Shown: positions 9,541 through 20,246 of the stretch, in pieces
How positions within the stretch are numbered: the stretch's first letter is position 1
Layout of the letters: every line of letters begins with the position of its first letter
Source of the DNA: an uncultured Prochlorococcus sp.
GTDB taxonomy: Bacteria > Cyanobacteriota > Cyanobacteriia > PCC-6307 > Cyanobiaceae
Reading direction: 5' to 3'
Assembly: GCF_902616385.1 (NCBI RefSeq)
Contig: NZ_CACMSM010000007.1
Location: 5,869-69,868, forward strand
Length of the DNA: 64,000 bases
Position numbers and translations under genes: made by a program
The notes under the pieces: model-generated
The model's input: the letters and a program-made list of their open reading frames with translations, nothing else
Told to the model about the DNA's origin: nothing
Databases searched by the model: none

Positions 9541-10288
9541 AAAAATATCCTTTATAGGTGTTGGTCCAGGCGATCCAGAATTATTAACTTTAAAAGCATT
9601 AAAAAAGTTAAAAGTTGCAGATGTTATTATTTGGACTGATTCTCTAATTCCTGAAAAAATTTTAGATTTTGCTAAAAAAGGTTCTGAAAAAATTAAAACA
9701 AGTTCGCTCAACTTAGAGCAAATTACCTCAATTATGATAGAAAAATTTCAAGCAGGGAAAACTGTTGTAAGGTTGCATGATGGAGACCCTTGCCTTTTTG
9801 GAGCAATTAGAGAGCAAATCGAAATTTTAAAAAACAAAAAAATTAAACCCGAGGTTGTTCCTGGAGTAAGTGCTTTTCAAGTTGCTGCAGCATATCATGA
9901 AGCCGAGTTAACCATCCCTGAGGTAACGCAAACAATAATTTTAACTAGAGCAGGAGGGCGAACAGGGATGCCCGAAAAAGAATCTCTGAAAGATCTTGCT
10001 AAACACAATTCCTCTATATGTCTTTATCTAAGTGCTAGGCATGTTAAAAGGTCTCAAGAAACTCTACTAGAGTTCTATCCTCCAGAGACTAAAGTGATAG
10101 TTGGATTCAGAGTATCTTGGGATGATGGTTGGACTTCATTAATAGAATTAAAAGATATGGAAAAATTTTCTATCGAGAAAAAACTTATTAGAACAACCAT
10201 TTACATAATTAGTCCAGCAATTAGTAATACTCAAAAAAGATCTAATCTTTATAATCCATCTTATAGACATCTCTTTAGGAATAAATAA
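9533..10288 (+). CDS. cobM: precorrin-4 C11-methyltransferase (CobM/CbiF)
   Basis: [31 protein letters not shown] and VPGVSAF are typical of tetrapyrrole methylases of the CobM type. ATG 9533 is preferred over GTG 9515. Confidence 0.85.
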   Translation: MDKKISFIGVGPGDPELLTLKALKKLKVADVIIWTDSLIPEKILDFAKKGSEKIKTSSLNLEQITSIMIEKFQAGKTVVRLHDGDPCLFGAIREQIEILKNKKIKPEVVPGVSAFQVAAAYHEAELTIPEVTQTIILTRAGGRTGMPEKESLKDLAKHNSSICLYLSARHVKRSQETLLEFYPPETKVIVGFRVSWDDGWTSLIELKDMEKFSIEKKLIRTTIYIISPAISNTQKRSNLYNPSYRHLFRNK

Positions 10289-10343
10289 TCTTTAAGTTGT
10301 TAGAAAAATATTAATTACTATAATTAGTAAAAATTTACTTACT

Positions 10344-10835
10344 TTGAAAGAAATAAAATCTGTTTCAGAAATCAACAATAAAGCAAAAGATTCCTCTTTA
10401 AAGAGAATCGGAAATTTCATTAAAGAGGCTAGGTTAAGTAAAAATCAATCTATTGAAGAATTGGCTTCTGATTTAAAAATCGGTGCTCATCAACTTGAAG
10501 CCATAGAAGAAGGTAATGAAGAAAAACTGCCTGAAAAAGTATTTGTCAAAGCAATGATTAGACGGATTTCACAGAAGCTCAAACTTGATACAGAATTTCT
10601 AATGGGTGAATTCAAGACAGAGAGGAAAGAAGTGAAAATTGATGAAATAGTTGAAGAAGTATCTAAAAAAAATTACAAATCTAGTCCATCTAAGAATTTT
10701 AATCCAGTTGGATTCCTAATATTTATTTTAATTTCAGGCTTTCTCGGACTAATCGCTTCGTCCTTAATTTTCAATTTATTTTCAGAATCTTCTAAGAATC
10801 AAACTCCAAAACAAGAACTTATTAAAAAAAACTAA
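10344..10835 (+). CDS. XRE-type helix-turn-helix membrane protein (RodZ-like)
   Basis: N-terminal HTH (IKEARLSKNQSIEELASDLKI) and a C-terminal TM helix. Uses a TTG start. Confidence 0.55.
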   Translation: MKEIKSVSEINNKAKDSSLKRIGNFIKEARLSKNQSIEELASDLKIGAHQLEAIEEGNEEKLPEKVFVKAMIRRISQKLKLDTEFLMGEFKTERKEVKIDEIVEEVSKKNYKSSPSKNFNPVGFLIFILISGFLGLIASSLIFNLFSESSKNQTPKQELIKKN

Positions 10836-12427
10836 ATAACTTTTAAATTCAAATTCTTAAGTTCTTTTATTACATTGCGGCATAATCCTAAGTTCCATTT
10901 TTCAAGAAGAAGATCATGGTTTCTATTTAAAGGTAAAAGTTCAAATGTAAGTATATTTTCCTGCAATTTTATTTGAACTGAGGAGATCACTTTATCAGGT
11001 CTTTGATCAAGAGATGCTGCTAGTCTCAGGATTAATGACATTTCAAGAACTAATGTTTTATCTTCTTTGGATATTAAATTTTGCCAAGACTCATGTCTTT
11101 TCTTGGGTAGAGTCTTTCTATGATACCTAGCAATTGAAGCAATAATATTTGTTTCTGCTTCAGAATATCCCAACAACTCACAATTTTTTATTAAGTACCA
11201 AGAGTGTTTGTGATATGAACCAACATTCACGTATTTCCCGCAATTATAAAGATTAGAAGCTGCCCAAAGAAGTTCTTTAGCTTTAGGGTCATTATCGCTA
11301 TGAAAGATATTTTTAGTCTGATCATAGATTTGAAAGGCAATATCAATAACTTTCTCAGCTCTTGTATTATCTACTCCAAACTTTCTGGCCTGATGAACTA
11401 TGGTTGTTTTTCTAATATTGCTTTGAATATTTAACTCGTTTTTAATTATCCCTTTACGAAGCATCCAATCTACAACCAAACCTTCTCGAAGCGCCCTCTC
11501 ACTTATTATTAATTCATTAAAGTTCAACATCTCCATTGCGGAGTTTAATATCAATGCTCCTGGAATAATTATTTCTGCTCTTCTCTCACTTAATGTAGGT
11601 AATTTCTTTATTTCCGAAACTGGCAATTTAATAAGTTTTTCCAATACATTTTGTAAATTTTCCCTTTTAAATTTATAACCATGCAACTTTTGTTTAGATT
11701 CTCCCAAATCATCTGAAATCAAATTTCCTAATGAGGTTGCAGTACCACTGGTTGCAATCAAAGATAAAGGCTTATCCCCCTTAGATCTAATCTTTATTTT
11801 TCGAACAGAGGGTTCTAAAGATCCTTTAATAAAAGTTGTTAGAAAACTCGATCTTTCTGAATTTATAGACTCTTTATTTAAAAAATCATTTTTAAGTCTT
11901 ACCGCACCAATTCTCGAACTAGTTAGAGCTATAGCATCTTTTTTATCTGCAAGAATTAATTCTGTAGATCCTCCTCCAATATCAATGATTACAAAAGGCT
12001 GATCTTTAAAAGCCATACCAGAAAGAACTCCAAGGTAAATTAATCTGGCTTCCTCAGAACCACTTATCATTTCTATTTGAATATCAGTTTCATCAAGAAC
12101 TGTTCTAATAAAATCTTGACCGTTTGGAGCTTCCCTAACTGCACTTGTTGCTGCTGTTACTATTTGTTTTACTCCATTACTTTTACAATATTCCTTAAAT
12201 CGCTTTAGAGTAACTAATGCTCTTTGGATTGATTCTTCAGTAAGATTACCCTCCTCATCTCGTTCACCAAGACGAGTGGTTGATTTATCAGTGAATTTTA
12301 TTGAAAATGATTTTAATTCTAGATTAATTTCTGCTACCAAAAGATGTGTAGAGTTAGTTCCAATATCTATAGAAGCTACTAAAATTTGCTTTTCTTGAAA
12401 ATATCTTAAATCTTGTTTCTTTATCAT
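10832..12427 (-). CDS. ppx: exopolyphosphatase (Ppx/GppA family)
   Basis: ASKHA-fold motifs DIGTNSTHLLV and DIGGGSTE, plus a C-terminal HD-like domain. Length is 531 aa. Confidence 0.88.
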   Translation of the reverse strand: MIKKQDLRYFQEKQILVASIDIGTNSTHLLVAEINLELKSFSIKFTDKSTTRLGERDEEGNLTEESIQRALVTLKRFKEYCKSNGVKQIVTAATSAVREAPNGQDFIRTVLDETDIQIEMISGSEEARLIYLGVLSGMAFKDQPFVIIDIGGGSTELILADKKDAIALTSSRIGAVRLKNDFLNKESINSERSSFLTTFIKGSLEPSVRKIKIRSKGDKPLSLIATSGTATSLGNLISDDLGESKQKLHGYKFKRENLQNVLEKLIKLPVSEIKKLPTLSERRAEIIIPGALILNSAMEMLNFNELIISERALREGLVVDWMLRKGIIKNELNIQSNIRKTTIVHQARKFGVDNTRAEKVIDIAFQIYDQTKNIFHSDNDPKAKELLWAASNLYNCGKYVNVGSYHKHSWYLIKNCELLGYSEAETNIIASIARYHRKTLPKKRHESWQNLISKEDKTLVLEMSLILRLAASLDQRPDKVISSVQIKLQENILTFELLPLNRNHDLLLEKWNLGLCRNVIKELKNLNLKVI

Positions 12428-12531
12428 TTCTTTTTATAAGATGCAGATATTTTTAATCCATTAATAAATATACCCAAGATTGATTATTAATTGATAGAAA
12501 TCATTTAATCCTAGTAAAATTATTTAAAGTT

Positions 12532-13440
12532 ATGAAATATACAATAGGGTATATGCAGAATAAAAATCGACAAATTAGATTAAGTACTTTTTTTGAATTA
12601 TTAAGGTGGAATAAGCCGACTGGAAGAATGATCTTACTTATACCTGCTGGGTGGAGTTTATATTTAACTCCTGGCGCTAATCCAACATTTTTAATGTTGT
12701 TAAGAATAATCCTTGGAGGGCTATTAGTAAGTGGATTAGGCTGCGTAGTTAATGATATTTGGGATAAAAAAATTGATCAAAAAGTTATTAGGACAAAAAA
12801 TAGACCTCTAGCCGCCAATAAAATCAGTCCTAAAATGGCTTATTCAATTCTTTTCTTTTTAATTTTATGTAGTTTCTTTTTAACTTTATCACTACCTCAA
12901 CCTGGCAGGCTTCTTTCAATTTCACTTGCTTTTTTAGCTCTGCCTATTATTTTAATTTATCCTTCTGCTAAAAGATGGTTTAAATATCCTCAATTAATCT
13001 TATCCATATGCTGGGGTTTTGCTGTCTTAATTCCCTGGGCCGCAAATGAAGGCAATTTGAATAGTATTGTTTTATTGTTTTGCTGGCTAGCTACTATTTT
13101 TTGGACTTTTGGCTTTGACACAATTTATGCTTTAGCAGATAAAAAATATGATATCAAAATTGGAATAAATAGTTCCGCTGTTAACCTCCAGAACTATACG
13201 AGAGTAACTATTCAAATTTGTTATTTATTAACTTCTATTTTTCTCGCATTATGCGGATTTATTAATCAAATGGATTTTATTTTTTGGCCAATTTGGCTTA
13301 CAACGGCAATCTTAATGCAGCGAGATATATTAAACGTATTTCCTGAGGAAAAGCAATCAATAAAAAATATTGGGAATCACTTCAAAAATGAATCAATTTA
13401 TGGCGGAGTCCTTTTATTAGGAATTATTATTGCCTCATAA
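12532..13440 (+). CDS. ubiA: 4-hydroxybenzoate polyprenyltransferase (UbiA family; plastoquinone pathway)
   Basis: NDIWDKKIDQKVIRTKNRPLA motif and a second Asp-rich region (DTIYALADKKYD). Polytopic membrane protein. Confidence 0.85.
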   Translation: MKYTIGYMQNKNRQIRLSTFFELLRWNKPTGRMILLIPAGWSLYLTPGANPTFLMLLRIILGGLLVSGLGCVVNDIWDKKIDQKVIRTKNRPLAANKISPKMAYSILFFLILCSFFLTLSLPQPGRLLSISLAFLALPIILIYPSAKRWFKYPQLILSICWGFAVLIPWAANEGNLNSIVLLFCWLATIFWTFGFDTIYALADKKYDIKIGINSSAVNLQNYTRVTIQICYLLTSIFLALCGFINQMDFIFWPIWLTTAILMQRDILNVFPEEKQSIKNIGNHFKNESIYGGVLLLGIIIAS

Positions 13441-13449
13441 ATTCTAAAT

Positions 13450-14319
13450 ATGATTTCCAGATTAAAAAAAGGCGATCTAATAGATATTTTAGCTCCAGCC
13501 TCCTTTATTGATGAAGAGGAAAATTTTCAAAAAGGGATAGAAATTTTAAAAAACTGGGGCTTGGAAATTAATAAAAATAATTCCCTGTCAAAAAAATTTG
13601 GTTATTTTGCAGGTGATGATTCTACTAGATTTGAAGAACTGGAAAAAGCACAAAATAGTAAGCTAATCATTTTTGCAAAAGGAGGTTGGGGTTCAGCAAG
13701 ACTATTAGAAAAAGAACCTTCTTGGCAGCATGGTTTAATGCTTGGTTTCTCAGATACATCTTCTTTATTACTATCTAAATATTCTCAAGGATTTACAGGT
13801 TCAATTCATGGGCCTATGGTTACTGGCCTTTTCAAAGAGCCCGATTGGAGTCTTGAGAGATTAAGAAATTTACTTTTTGAGGGTTATGTTGAGGACATAA
13901 GAGGAATTCCTTTAAAAGGTGGGAAAGCTAAAGGAGAAATTATCGTTTCTAACTTAACTATTGCCACTTTTTTAATTGGTACTACTCACTTTCCAGATTG
14001 CAAAGGGAAAATAATAATTTTTGAAGATATTAATGAAGATATTTATAAAATTGATCGCATGTTGACTTACCTTAGGATGACTAAAACACTTACTGAAATT
14101 GCAGGTATTGGATTCGGAAGTTTTTCTAATGATTCCTGCGAACTTGAATGGAAAGATTTACTAAAAAAATGCATTATTGAAAGACTCCAAGAGTTTGATT
14201 TTCCTATTATTTTTGACCTTCCAATAGGCCACATATCAGGGAATGCCTGCATCCCATTAGGGTATGCAGCAACCTTAAATGGTGATAACGGCACTCTTAG
14301 TATCGATAAACCTTTTTAA
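13450..14319 (+). CDS. ldcA: LD-carboxypeptidase (muramoyltetrapeptide carboxypeptidase, peptidase S66)
   Basis: GFSDTS nucleophile motif and a C-terminal IGH motif. Length is 289 aa. Confidence 0.75.
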   Translation: MISRLKKGDLIDILAPASFIDEEENFQKGIEILKNWGLEINKNNSLSKKFGYFAGDDSTRFEELEKAQNSKLIIFAKGGWGSARLLEKEPSWQHGLMLGFSDTSSLLLSKYSQGFTGSIHGPMVTGLFKEPDWSLERLRNLLFEGYVEDIRGIPLKGGKAKGEIIVSNLTIATFLIGTTHFPDCKGKIIIFEDINEDIYKIDRMLTYLRMTKTLTEIAGIGFGSFSNDSCELEWKDLLKKCIIERLQEFDFPIIFDLPIGHISGNACIPLGYAATLNGDNGTLSIDKPF

Positions 14320-14991
14320 CTAGGAGTTATTCACAAAAAGTTTTGCTATTTTCAAATCTACAGGGGATGTAATCTTTATATTTGAATAAGTTCCTTCAAT
14401 AATCTTAACTTTCCAATTAAGCATTTCGAATAGTGAGGCATCATCTGTGACTTTCCATTTTTTATCAATTGCCATCTTATGAGCTTTTTTTAATCTATCT
14501 ACTAAAAAGCCCTGAGGAGTTTGCGCTGCCCATAAATAATTTCTATCTGGTGTTTCTTTAATAAAACCTTCATTATCAACAATCTTTATTGTGTCAGTTA
14601 CCTTAGTAGCCAAAATTATAGCTTCATTTTCATCTAATTTCTTGGCACAAAGGTCTATCAATTCAGGATTAATTAGACATCTAGCACCATCATGTATTAA
14701 AACTTTTTTAGCATCTTTTGGTAGCGCTTTTAAACCATTAAAAACTGACTGTTGTCTGGTGTCACCACCATTAATCCAGTGAACTTTTTGGGCAAAATCC
14801 TTTGCTGAATTTAATAATAAATTTTTATCTTTCGGTTGCCCAATTATTCCAACCCATTTTGTTGAGCTTGCAGAAAATACAGATTTAAGTGTCCAATAAA
14901 TCAAAGACTCTCCCTCTAAATCAATAATTAATTTATTTTTTCCAGCTTTCATTCTGCTACCACTCCCTGCAGCCGGTATTAAAAAATGCAC
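14320..14991 (-). CDS. ispD: 2-C-methyl-D-erythritol 4-phosphate cytidylyltransferase
   Basis: IPAAGSGSRM N-terminal motif. Length is 223 aa. Confidence 0.9.
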   Translation of the reverse strand: MHFLIPAAGSGSRMKAGKNKLIIDLEGESLIYWTLKSVFSASSTKWVGIIGQPKDKNLLLNSAKDFAQKVHWINGGDTRQQSVFNGLKALPKDAKKVLIHDGARCLINPELIDLCAKKLDENEAIILATKVTDTIKIVDNEGFIKETPDRNYLWAAQTPQGFLVDRLKKAHKMAIDKKWKVTDDASLFEMLNWKVKIIEGTYSNIKITSPVDLKIAKLFVNNS

Positions 14992-15083
14992 AATAGAAGG
15001 ACTTAATATTTTCTAGACAATTATAAATAAAAGCAATATCTTTACACAAATAGTACTACGATTGAAAATTATAAAATTTCATA

Positions 15084-15833
15084 ATGTCCAAAACAGATTC
15101 ATTATCAGGCAAAGTTGCTTTAATCACTGGAGCTAGCAGAGGAATTGGTAAAGAAATTGCTTTAGAACTAAGCCGTTTAGGAGCAGAAGTTTTTATTAAT
15201 TACTCTTCTTCTGATGAAAAAGCTGAAGAAGTTGTAAATTCAATAAAAAATTCGGGAGGTAAAGCTCACAAATTAAAATTTGATGTATCAAGAGAGGATT
15301 CTGTCAGTTCAGCTTTCGAAGAAATCATAAAAATTAATGGCTCCATTGATATTCTTATTAATAATGCTGGTATTACTAGAGATGGACTATTGATGAGAAT
15401 GAAATCGGAACAATGGGATGATGTATTAAATACAAACTTAAAAGGGGTTTTTCTTTGTACAAAATATGCTTCAAAATTTATGATGAAAAAAAGAAGTGGT
15501 AGTATCGTAAATATTTCATCTGTTGTTGGAATAATTGGTAATCCCGGTCAAGCAAATTATTCTGCAGCTAAAGCAGGAGTTATTGGATTCACCAAAACTT
15601 GTGCTAAAGAATTTGCTTCAAGAGGTATAAACGTAAATGCAATAGCTCCAGGCTTTATAGAAACAGAAATGACTGAAAAACTTAATACTGAAGAGATACT
15701 TAAAGTAATCCCTTTAGGGAAATTAGGAAGTTGTACTCAAATTGCAAACTTAGTGTCATTTTTAGTTTCAAGTAATGCTGGAAGTTACATTACAGGGCAA
15801 ACAATAAGTATAGACGGAGGTATGAGTATTTAA
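15084..15833 (+). CDS. fabG: 3-oxoacyl-[ACP] reductase
   Basis: TGASRGIG, NNAG, and the YSAAKAG catalytic motif. Length is 249 aa. Confidence 0.95.
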   Translation: MSKTDSLSGKVALITGASRGIGKEIALELSRLGAEVFINYSSSDEKAEEVVNSIKNSGGKAHKLKFDVSREDSVSSAFEEIIKINGSIDILINNAGITRDGLLMRMKSEQWDDVLNTNLKGVFLCTKYASKFMMKKRSGSIVNISSVVGIIGNPGQANYSAAKAGVIGFTKTCAKEFASRGINVNAIAPGFIETEMTEKLNTEEILKVIPLGKLGSCTQIANLVSFLVSSNAGSYITGQTISIDGGMSI

Positions 15834-16013
15834 TTATGTACTTTCATAAGGCTGGCCCAATTCATCTCTTAACCTTCTAATTTTCTGTAAAAGTTTGAGT
15901 CTTCGACTTCTAGCAGTTAATGTCAAGAAAAATCTTAAAGGAAAGTATATTAATGTCATAGCAATCGCGAGAATTGCGGTAAGAGTAAATATAAGATTAT
16001 TTGTTTCTTCCAT
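15834..16013 (-). CDS. hypothetical small membrane protein, 59 aa
   Basis: Hand translation: MEETNNLIFTLTAILAIAMTLIYFPLRFFLTLTARSRRLKLLQKIRRLRDELGQPYEST*. One TM helix plus a basic amphipathic tail. Its stop codon abuts the fabG stop with zero gap. Confidence 0.35.
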   Translation of the reverse strand: MEETNNLIFTLTAILAIAMTLIYFPLRFFLTLTARSRRLKLLQKIRRLRDELGQPYEST

Positions 16014-16144
16014 AACTTAAAGATACTCTTATTTGAGTTAATTTGTATGTCTCATAAAAAGAAATTCGGCTTTCCCCACTTAATTAAATATCCCTTAAAA
16101 ATGATTCTATGGGAGATTAGAATAAGAATAAAAATCGAGTAAAC

Positions 16145-17875
16145 ATGGCTAAACAGTTAAGTTTTTCTAATGAATCAAGAGAAGCTCTAGAAAAAGGTGT
16201 GAATATTGTAGCTAATGCAGTAAAGGTTACTATTGGGCCAAAAGCAAAAAACGTTGTGATAGAAAAGAAATTTGGTTCGCCGGATATAGTAAGAGATGGA
16301 TCTACAGTTGCTAAAGAGATCGAGATTGAAAACCCTATTTCTAATTTAGGTGCGAAATTAATAGAACAAGTAGCATCCAAGACAAAGGAAAGTGCTGGTG
16401 ATGGAACAACAACAGCAACCATTTTGACTCAGAAGATGGTTCAGGAGGGATTAAAAAATATCGCTTCTGGTGCCAACCCTATGGAGATAAAAAAAGGTAT
16501 GGAGGCAGGCCTAGCTTTTGTCTTAGAAAAATTAAGTTCCAAAAGTATTTCATTAAGTGGTTCAGATATCCAAAAAGTTGCAACAGTTAGTGCTGGAGGT
16601 GATGAAGAAATTGGATCTATAATTTCGAAAGCAATGGATATTGTTACTTCAGATGGTGTAATAACTGTTGAAGAATCTCAATCACTAGAAACAGAATTAG
16701 ATATAACTGAAGGAATGTCTTTTGATAGAGGTTTTAGTTCTCCGTATTTCGTAACAGACCAAGAAAGACAAGTTTGTGAACTTGAAAACCCTAAAATATT
16801 AATAACTGATCAGAAAATCTCATCTTTAGTTGATCTAGTTCCAATACTTGAAGAAATTCAAAAGGCAGGTTCACCTTTTCTAATTCTTGCTGAAGATATT
16901 GAAGGAGAGGCTTTAACTACTCTGGTTTTGAATAAGAATAGTGGGGTTTTAAATGTAGCAGCCGTGAGAGCTCCGTTATTTGGTGAGAGAAGAAAAGCTG
17001 CCCTTGAAGATATTGCAATTCTTACAGGGGCTAAGTTAATTAGCGAAGATAAATCGATGACACTTGATAAAGTATCGATTAATGATTTAGGCAAAGCAAA
17101 AAAAATAACTCTCACAAAGGATAAAACTACAATTGTTGCCTTTGAAGACACTAAAGATTTAGTTAAAGCGCGAGTAGAGAAATTAAAGAGGGAAGTTAAT
17201 ATAACTGAATCTGAGTATGATCAGGATAAAATCAATGAAAGGATAGCCAAACTAGCCGGAGGAGTAGCTCTTATCAAAGTAGGAGCTGCTACAGAAACAG
17301 AGATGAAGTATAAAAAGTTGAGAATCGAAGATTCCCTTAATGCTACGAAAGCCGCTATTGAAGAGGGTGTTGTTTCTGGAGGAGGACAAACTTTAATTGA
17401 AATATCAGATGACCTTTTAAATTTAAGCGAAACATCTTCAGATGATTTAAGAACAGGGATAAATATACTCAAAGAAGCCCTTTTGGAACCCACCAAACAA
17501 ATAGCAAAAAATGCTGGTTTTAATGGAGATGTGGTTGTCGCTGAAATTAAAAGACTTAACAAAGGCTTTAATGCTAATTCAGGAAAATTTGAGGATTTAA
17601 AAGATTCAGGAATATTAGATCCAACCAAAGTAATAAGATTAGCTCTTCAAGATTCAGTTTCTATTGCAGCTATGCTCCTCACAACAGAAGTTGCGATGGC
17701 AGATATTCCAGAGCCTGAAGCCACGGCCCCTGGAGGACCAGGTGGAGATCCAATGGGAGGAATGGGAGGAATGGGTGGCATGGGAATGCCAGGTATGGGT
17801 GGCATGGGAATGCCAGGTATGGGTGGCATGGGAATGCCAGGTATGGGTGGCATGGGAATGCCGGGTATGATGTAA
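16145..17875 (+). CDS. groEL: chaperonin GroEL (orphan copy with no adjacent groES, GroEL2-type)
   Basis: Full-length Cpn60 with AGDGTTTAT and a C-terminal GGM/GMP repeat tail. Confidence 0.96.
   Translation: MAKQLSFSNESREALEKGVNIVANAVKVTIGPKAKNVVIEKKFGSPDIVRDGSTVAKEIEIENPISNLGAKLIEQVASKTKESAGDGTTTATILTQKMVQEGLKNIASGANPMEIKKGMEAGLAFVLEKLSSKSISLSGSDIQKVATVSAGGDEEIGSIISKAMDIVTSDGVITVEESQSLETELDITEGMSFDRGFSSPYFVTDQERQVCELENPKILITDQKISSLVDLVPILEEIQKAGSPFLILAEDIEGEALTTLVLNKNSGVLNVAAVRAPLFGERRKAALEDIAILTGAKLISEDKSMTLDKVSINDLGKAKKITLTKDKTTIVAFEDTKDLVKARVEKLKREVNITESEYDQDKINERIAKLAGGVALIKVGAATETEMKYKKLRIEDSLNATKAAIEEGVVSGGGQTLIEISDDLLNLSETSSDDLRTGINILKEALLEPTKQIAKNAGFNGDVVVAEIKRLNKGFNANSGKFEDLKDSGILDPTKVIRLALQDSVSIAAMLLTTEVAMADIPEPEATAPGGPGGDPMGGMGGMGGMGMPGMGGMGMPGMGGMGMPGMGGMGMPGMM
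17771..17866 (+). repeat. 4 x 24-nt perfect tandem repeat encoding the (MGGMGMPG)n tail of GroEL
   Basis: atgggtggcatgggaatgccaggt occurs at 17771, 17795, 17819 and 17843. The last unit has one a-to-g change. The array is preceded by 2 x atgggagga (17753-17770). Confidence 0.95.
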
Positions 17876-17893
17876 AAGCTAACTAGCTTTTTT
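17875..17893. terminator. weak hairpin between convergent groEL and the 143-aa ORF
   Basis: aaagct (17875-17880) pairs with agcttt (17885-17890) across a 4-nt loop, followed by ttt. The stem is short and AT-rich. Confidence 0.3.
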
Positions 17894-18310
17894 ATCGTTG
17901 TTAATCCACTTTCTTAAATTTTGAATGTAAGGTAGGGGTAATTTTGGGGTTTCAGTAAATTGATTCATTTTATTAGAATTTTGATTTTTGCTAGATATTT
18001 CATTTCTGCTAGAATTTTTCAGGCCATTTGATTCCCACTTTGTTTCTTCAATATTTTTAAAAGTTTTTGATAATTCAAGCTTAATTTGTTTTTGATTTTC
18101 TTCATGCACTTCATCAATTAAAGATGAACGTTCTTGGTTTTCTTCTTCACGCATATTTTCTTTTTGTAGTGAACTATGGATTAATAAATCATTTAATGAA
18201 TCAATCCCAAATCTATGGACCCACTTAAGAACAACATTTTCTTTAAGCAAAAAATTATTTTCTAAAGAAGCTTGTTTAAAAACTTCTATTAAATGATTTT
18301 TTAAAAGCAT
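17879..18310 (-). CDS. hypothetical protein (N/E/K-rich, no family recognised)
   Basis: 143-aa ORF filling the gap between groEL and the ABC-2 permease. Confidence 0.45.
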   Translation of the reverse strand: MLLKNHLIEVFKQASLENNFLLKENVVLKWVHRFGIDSLNDLLIHSSLQKENMREEENQERSSLIDEVHEENQKQIKLELSKTFKNIEETKWESNGLKNSSRNEISSKNQNSNKMNQFTETPKLPLPYIQNLRKWINNDKKAS

Positions 18311-18317
18311 AAAATTT

Positions 18318-19142
18318 CTAATTTAACTTTCTATTTAACAGAGGCCTTATAATAATCAAGGAAAAAACTGTTAAAGAAAATAAAATCGAGATACAACTCT
18401 TACAAGTTAAATCACCATATGGGGCATGTAAAGCCACTAATTCTAAATCCATAGTTTGTGTATAGGCAGTCCTAATTGGTTCAATAGCAAAAGTTAATGG
18501 ATTTAATGAAGCTAACCAGCCCAGCCAATTTGGCATAAAAGAGATTGGAGCTAAAGCAGTACTCGCAAATAAAAGAGGTAAATTTATTACGAATATAAGA
18601 GCGATTAATTCAATATGTCCCGGCAAAACAAACGCTAAACATAAACTTATTGATGTCACAAAAAGAACTAATAAAATTAATGTTGTAAATACAATTCCTA
18701 AACCATATAGGTTAGGCCATCCATAACCCAAAATGTATGAAACAATCATTATTACAATACTCTGAACAAAGCTCAAGATTGTTATGTAAAAGAAAGAAGA
18801 TAAAACTATAGATAATCTACTTGTTAAAGGAGCCACAAGTAATCTATTAAGAAATCCAAACTCTCTATCAAACATTAAAGGTAGACCAGAGTTTAGGGCT
18901 CCGCTAAAAGCAGTGAAAACAATAAGTCCTGCTCCTAAAAAATTCCCATAAGAATCAACTCCTGGTAAAAAACCTTCAGGAGCTTTAGAAAATAATGCCC
19001 CAAATAAAAAAAGCCAAATTATTGGTTGTAATATTCCTGCTAAAAGAGTTGATGGTCTCCTTTTTAATTGAATAAATAATCTCTTCGTTAAGGCAAATGT
19101 TTCTTGATATAAAAAAAATAAATTATACTGTTGTAATTCCAT
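18318..19142 (-). CDS. ABC-2 type exporter permease
   Basis: Six-TM protein of 274 aa, immediately downstream of a DrrA-like ATPase. Confidence 0.8.
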   Translation of the reverse strand: MELQQYNLFFLYQETFALTKRLFIQLKRRPSTLLAGILQPIIWLFLFGALFSKAPEGFLPGVDSYGNFLGAGLIVFTAFSGALNSGLPLMFDREFGFLNRLLVAPLTSRLSIVLSSFFYITILSFVQSIVIMIVSYILGYGWPNLYGLGIVFTTLILLVLFVTSISLCLAFVLPGHIELIALIFVINLPLLFASTALAPISFMPNWLGWLASLNPLTFAIEPIRTAYTQTMDLELVALHAPYGDLTCKSCISILFSLTVFSLIIIRPLLNRKLN

Positions 19143-19190
19143 AATTAGCAGTAATTACTATTTATTATAGTTAGTTAACCAAAAGTTTTT

Positions 19191-20210
19191 TTATCGCATG
19201 GATTGCTTTGATTCTTTTTTTAGGTCTCTTTTCCCTGCCATAGAAATTTCAGCATCCAATAATGTTTTCCCAGTTGCCTGAAGATATACATCATCCAAGC
19301 TTGGCTGACTTTGGGTAAGAGAAAAAATTTCAAATTTTGAGAAGGCCAATTCCACTTTTAGCTTCGTAAGTAAATCTTTTTGCTTATCTGCTACGAAATT
19401 TATCGAGAAACCTTGAGCTTCATTTATGATAATCTGACTAATTCCATCTATTGAAGATAAAATTTTACATATATTTTTTGCTTCTTCCTGATTACTAAAT
19501 TCTCTTACTTTCAAAGTTACTCTATCTCCTCCTAATTTATTTTTGAGCTCTGCAGGAGTCCCTTTTGCTATAACTCTTCCATCATCAATTATCACTAATC
19601 TGTCAGCCAATTTATCTATTTCATCAAGATAGTGACTACTTAAAATAATGGTCATTCCATTATTTCTCAAATCTTTCAAAAGTTGCCATATAATATTCCT
19701 ACTTTCAATATCTAAACCAACTGTAGGTTCATCCAAAATTAATACTTGGGGTAAATGTAAAAGTCCAGCTGCCAGATCTATTCTTCTTTTCATTCCCCCT
19801 GAATAAGTTCCGCACTTACGATCAATCCAATCATTCATTTCTAATTGATCTATTAATTTATTTATCCTTTCAAATTTTTTATTTTTGTTGATGTGATATA
19901 AATCTGATTGAAAATCCAAAAGCTCTCGTCCAGTTAATATTTTATCAAGTGCAATGTCTTGGGCAACATAACCAATTAATTCTCTAATTTTCTTTGAATT
20001 TTTTATCAGATTAATATTGTTTATAAAAACTTCTCCACTATCAGGCTCTATTAAAGTAGCGAGTATTTTTATTAGTGTTGATTTGCCAGCACCATTTGGA
20101 CCAAGTATTCCGAATAATGTGCCAGCTTCAATTTCCATTGATAAATTTTTTAATGCATTGATATCTAAATAAGATTTTGAGAGCCCTTTAACTTTTATAT
20201 AATTCATCAA
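19191..20210 (-). CDS. ABC transporter ATP-binding protein (DrrA/CcmA-like)
   Basis: Walker A GPNGAGKST, signature YSGGMKRR, Walker B LILDEPT. Confidence 0.9.
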   Translation of the reverse strand: MMNYIKVKGLSKSYLDINALKNLSMEIEAGTLFGILGPNGAGKSTLIKILATLIEPDSGEVFINNINLIKNSKKIRELIGYVAQDIALDKILTGRELLDFQSDLYHINKNKKFERINKLIDQLEMNDWIDRKCGTYSGGMKRRIDLAAGLLHLPQVLILDEPTVGLDIESRNIIWQLLKDLRNNGMTIILSSHYLDEIDKLADRLVIIDDGRVIAKGTPAELKNKLGGDRVTLKVREFSNQEEAKNICKILSSIDGISQIIINEAQGFSINFVADKQKDLLTKLKVELAFSKFEIFSLTQSQPSLDDVYLQATGKTLLDAEISMAGKRDLKKESKQSMR

Positions 20211-20246
20211 ACTTACTATTTACTTAAAAAACATTTTACATCTAAT

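Noticed and set aside
16014-16144. CIRCE (HrcA operator) or another heat-shock element upstream of groEL, and a 31-codon uORF (16047-16142)
   Set aside because: No TTAGCACTC-N9-GAGTGCTAA-like inverted repeat is visible. The uORF product ([31 protein letters not shown]) looks like a random AT-rich translation.
16117-17853. Several long minus-strand ORFs inside groEL (16117-16422, 16858-17151, 17221-17628, 17647-17853, the last reading MPPIPGIP repeats), plus the plus-strand shadow ORF 17664-17870
   Set aside because: These are antisense or off-frame shadows of a highly conserved gene. Their products are low-complexity or compositionally odd, and the GGM repeat automatically yields repeat peptides in other frames. 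There is no independent support for them.
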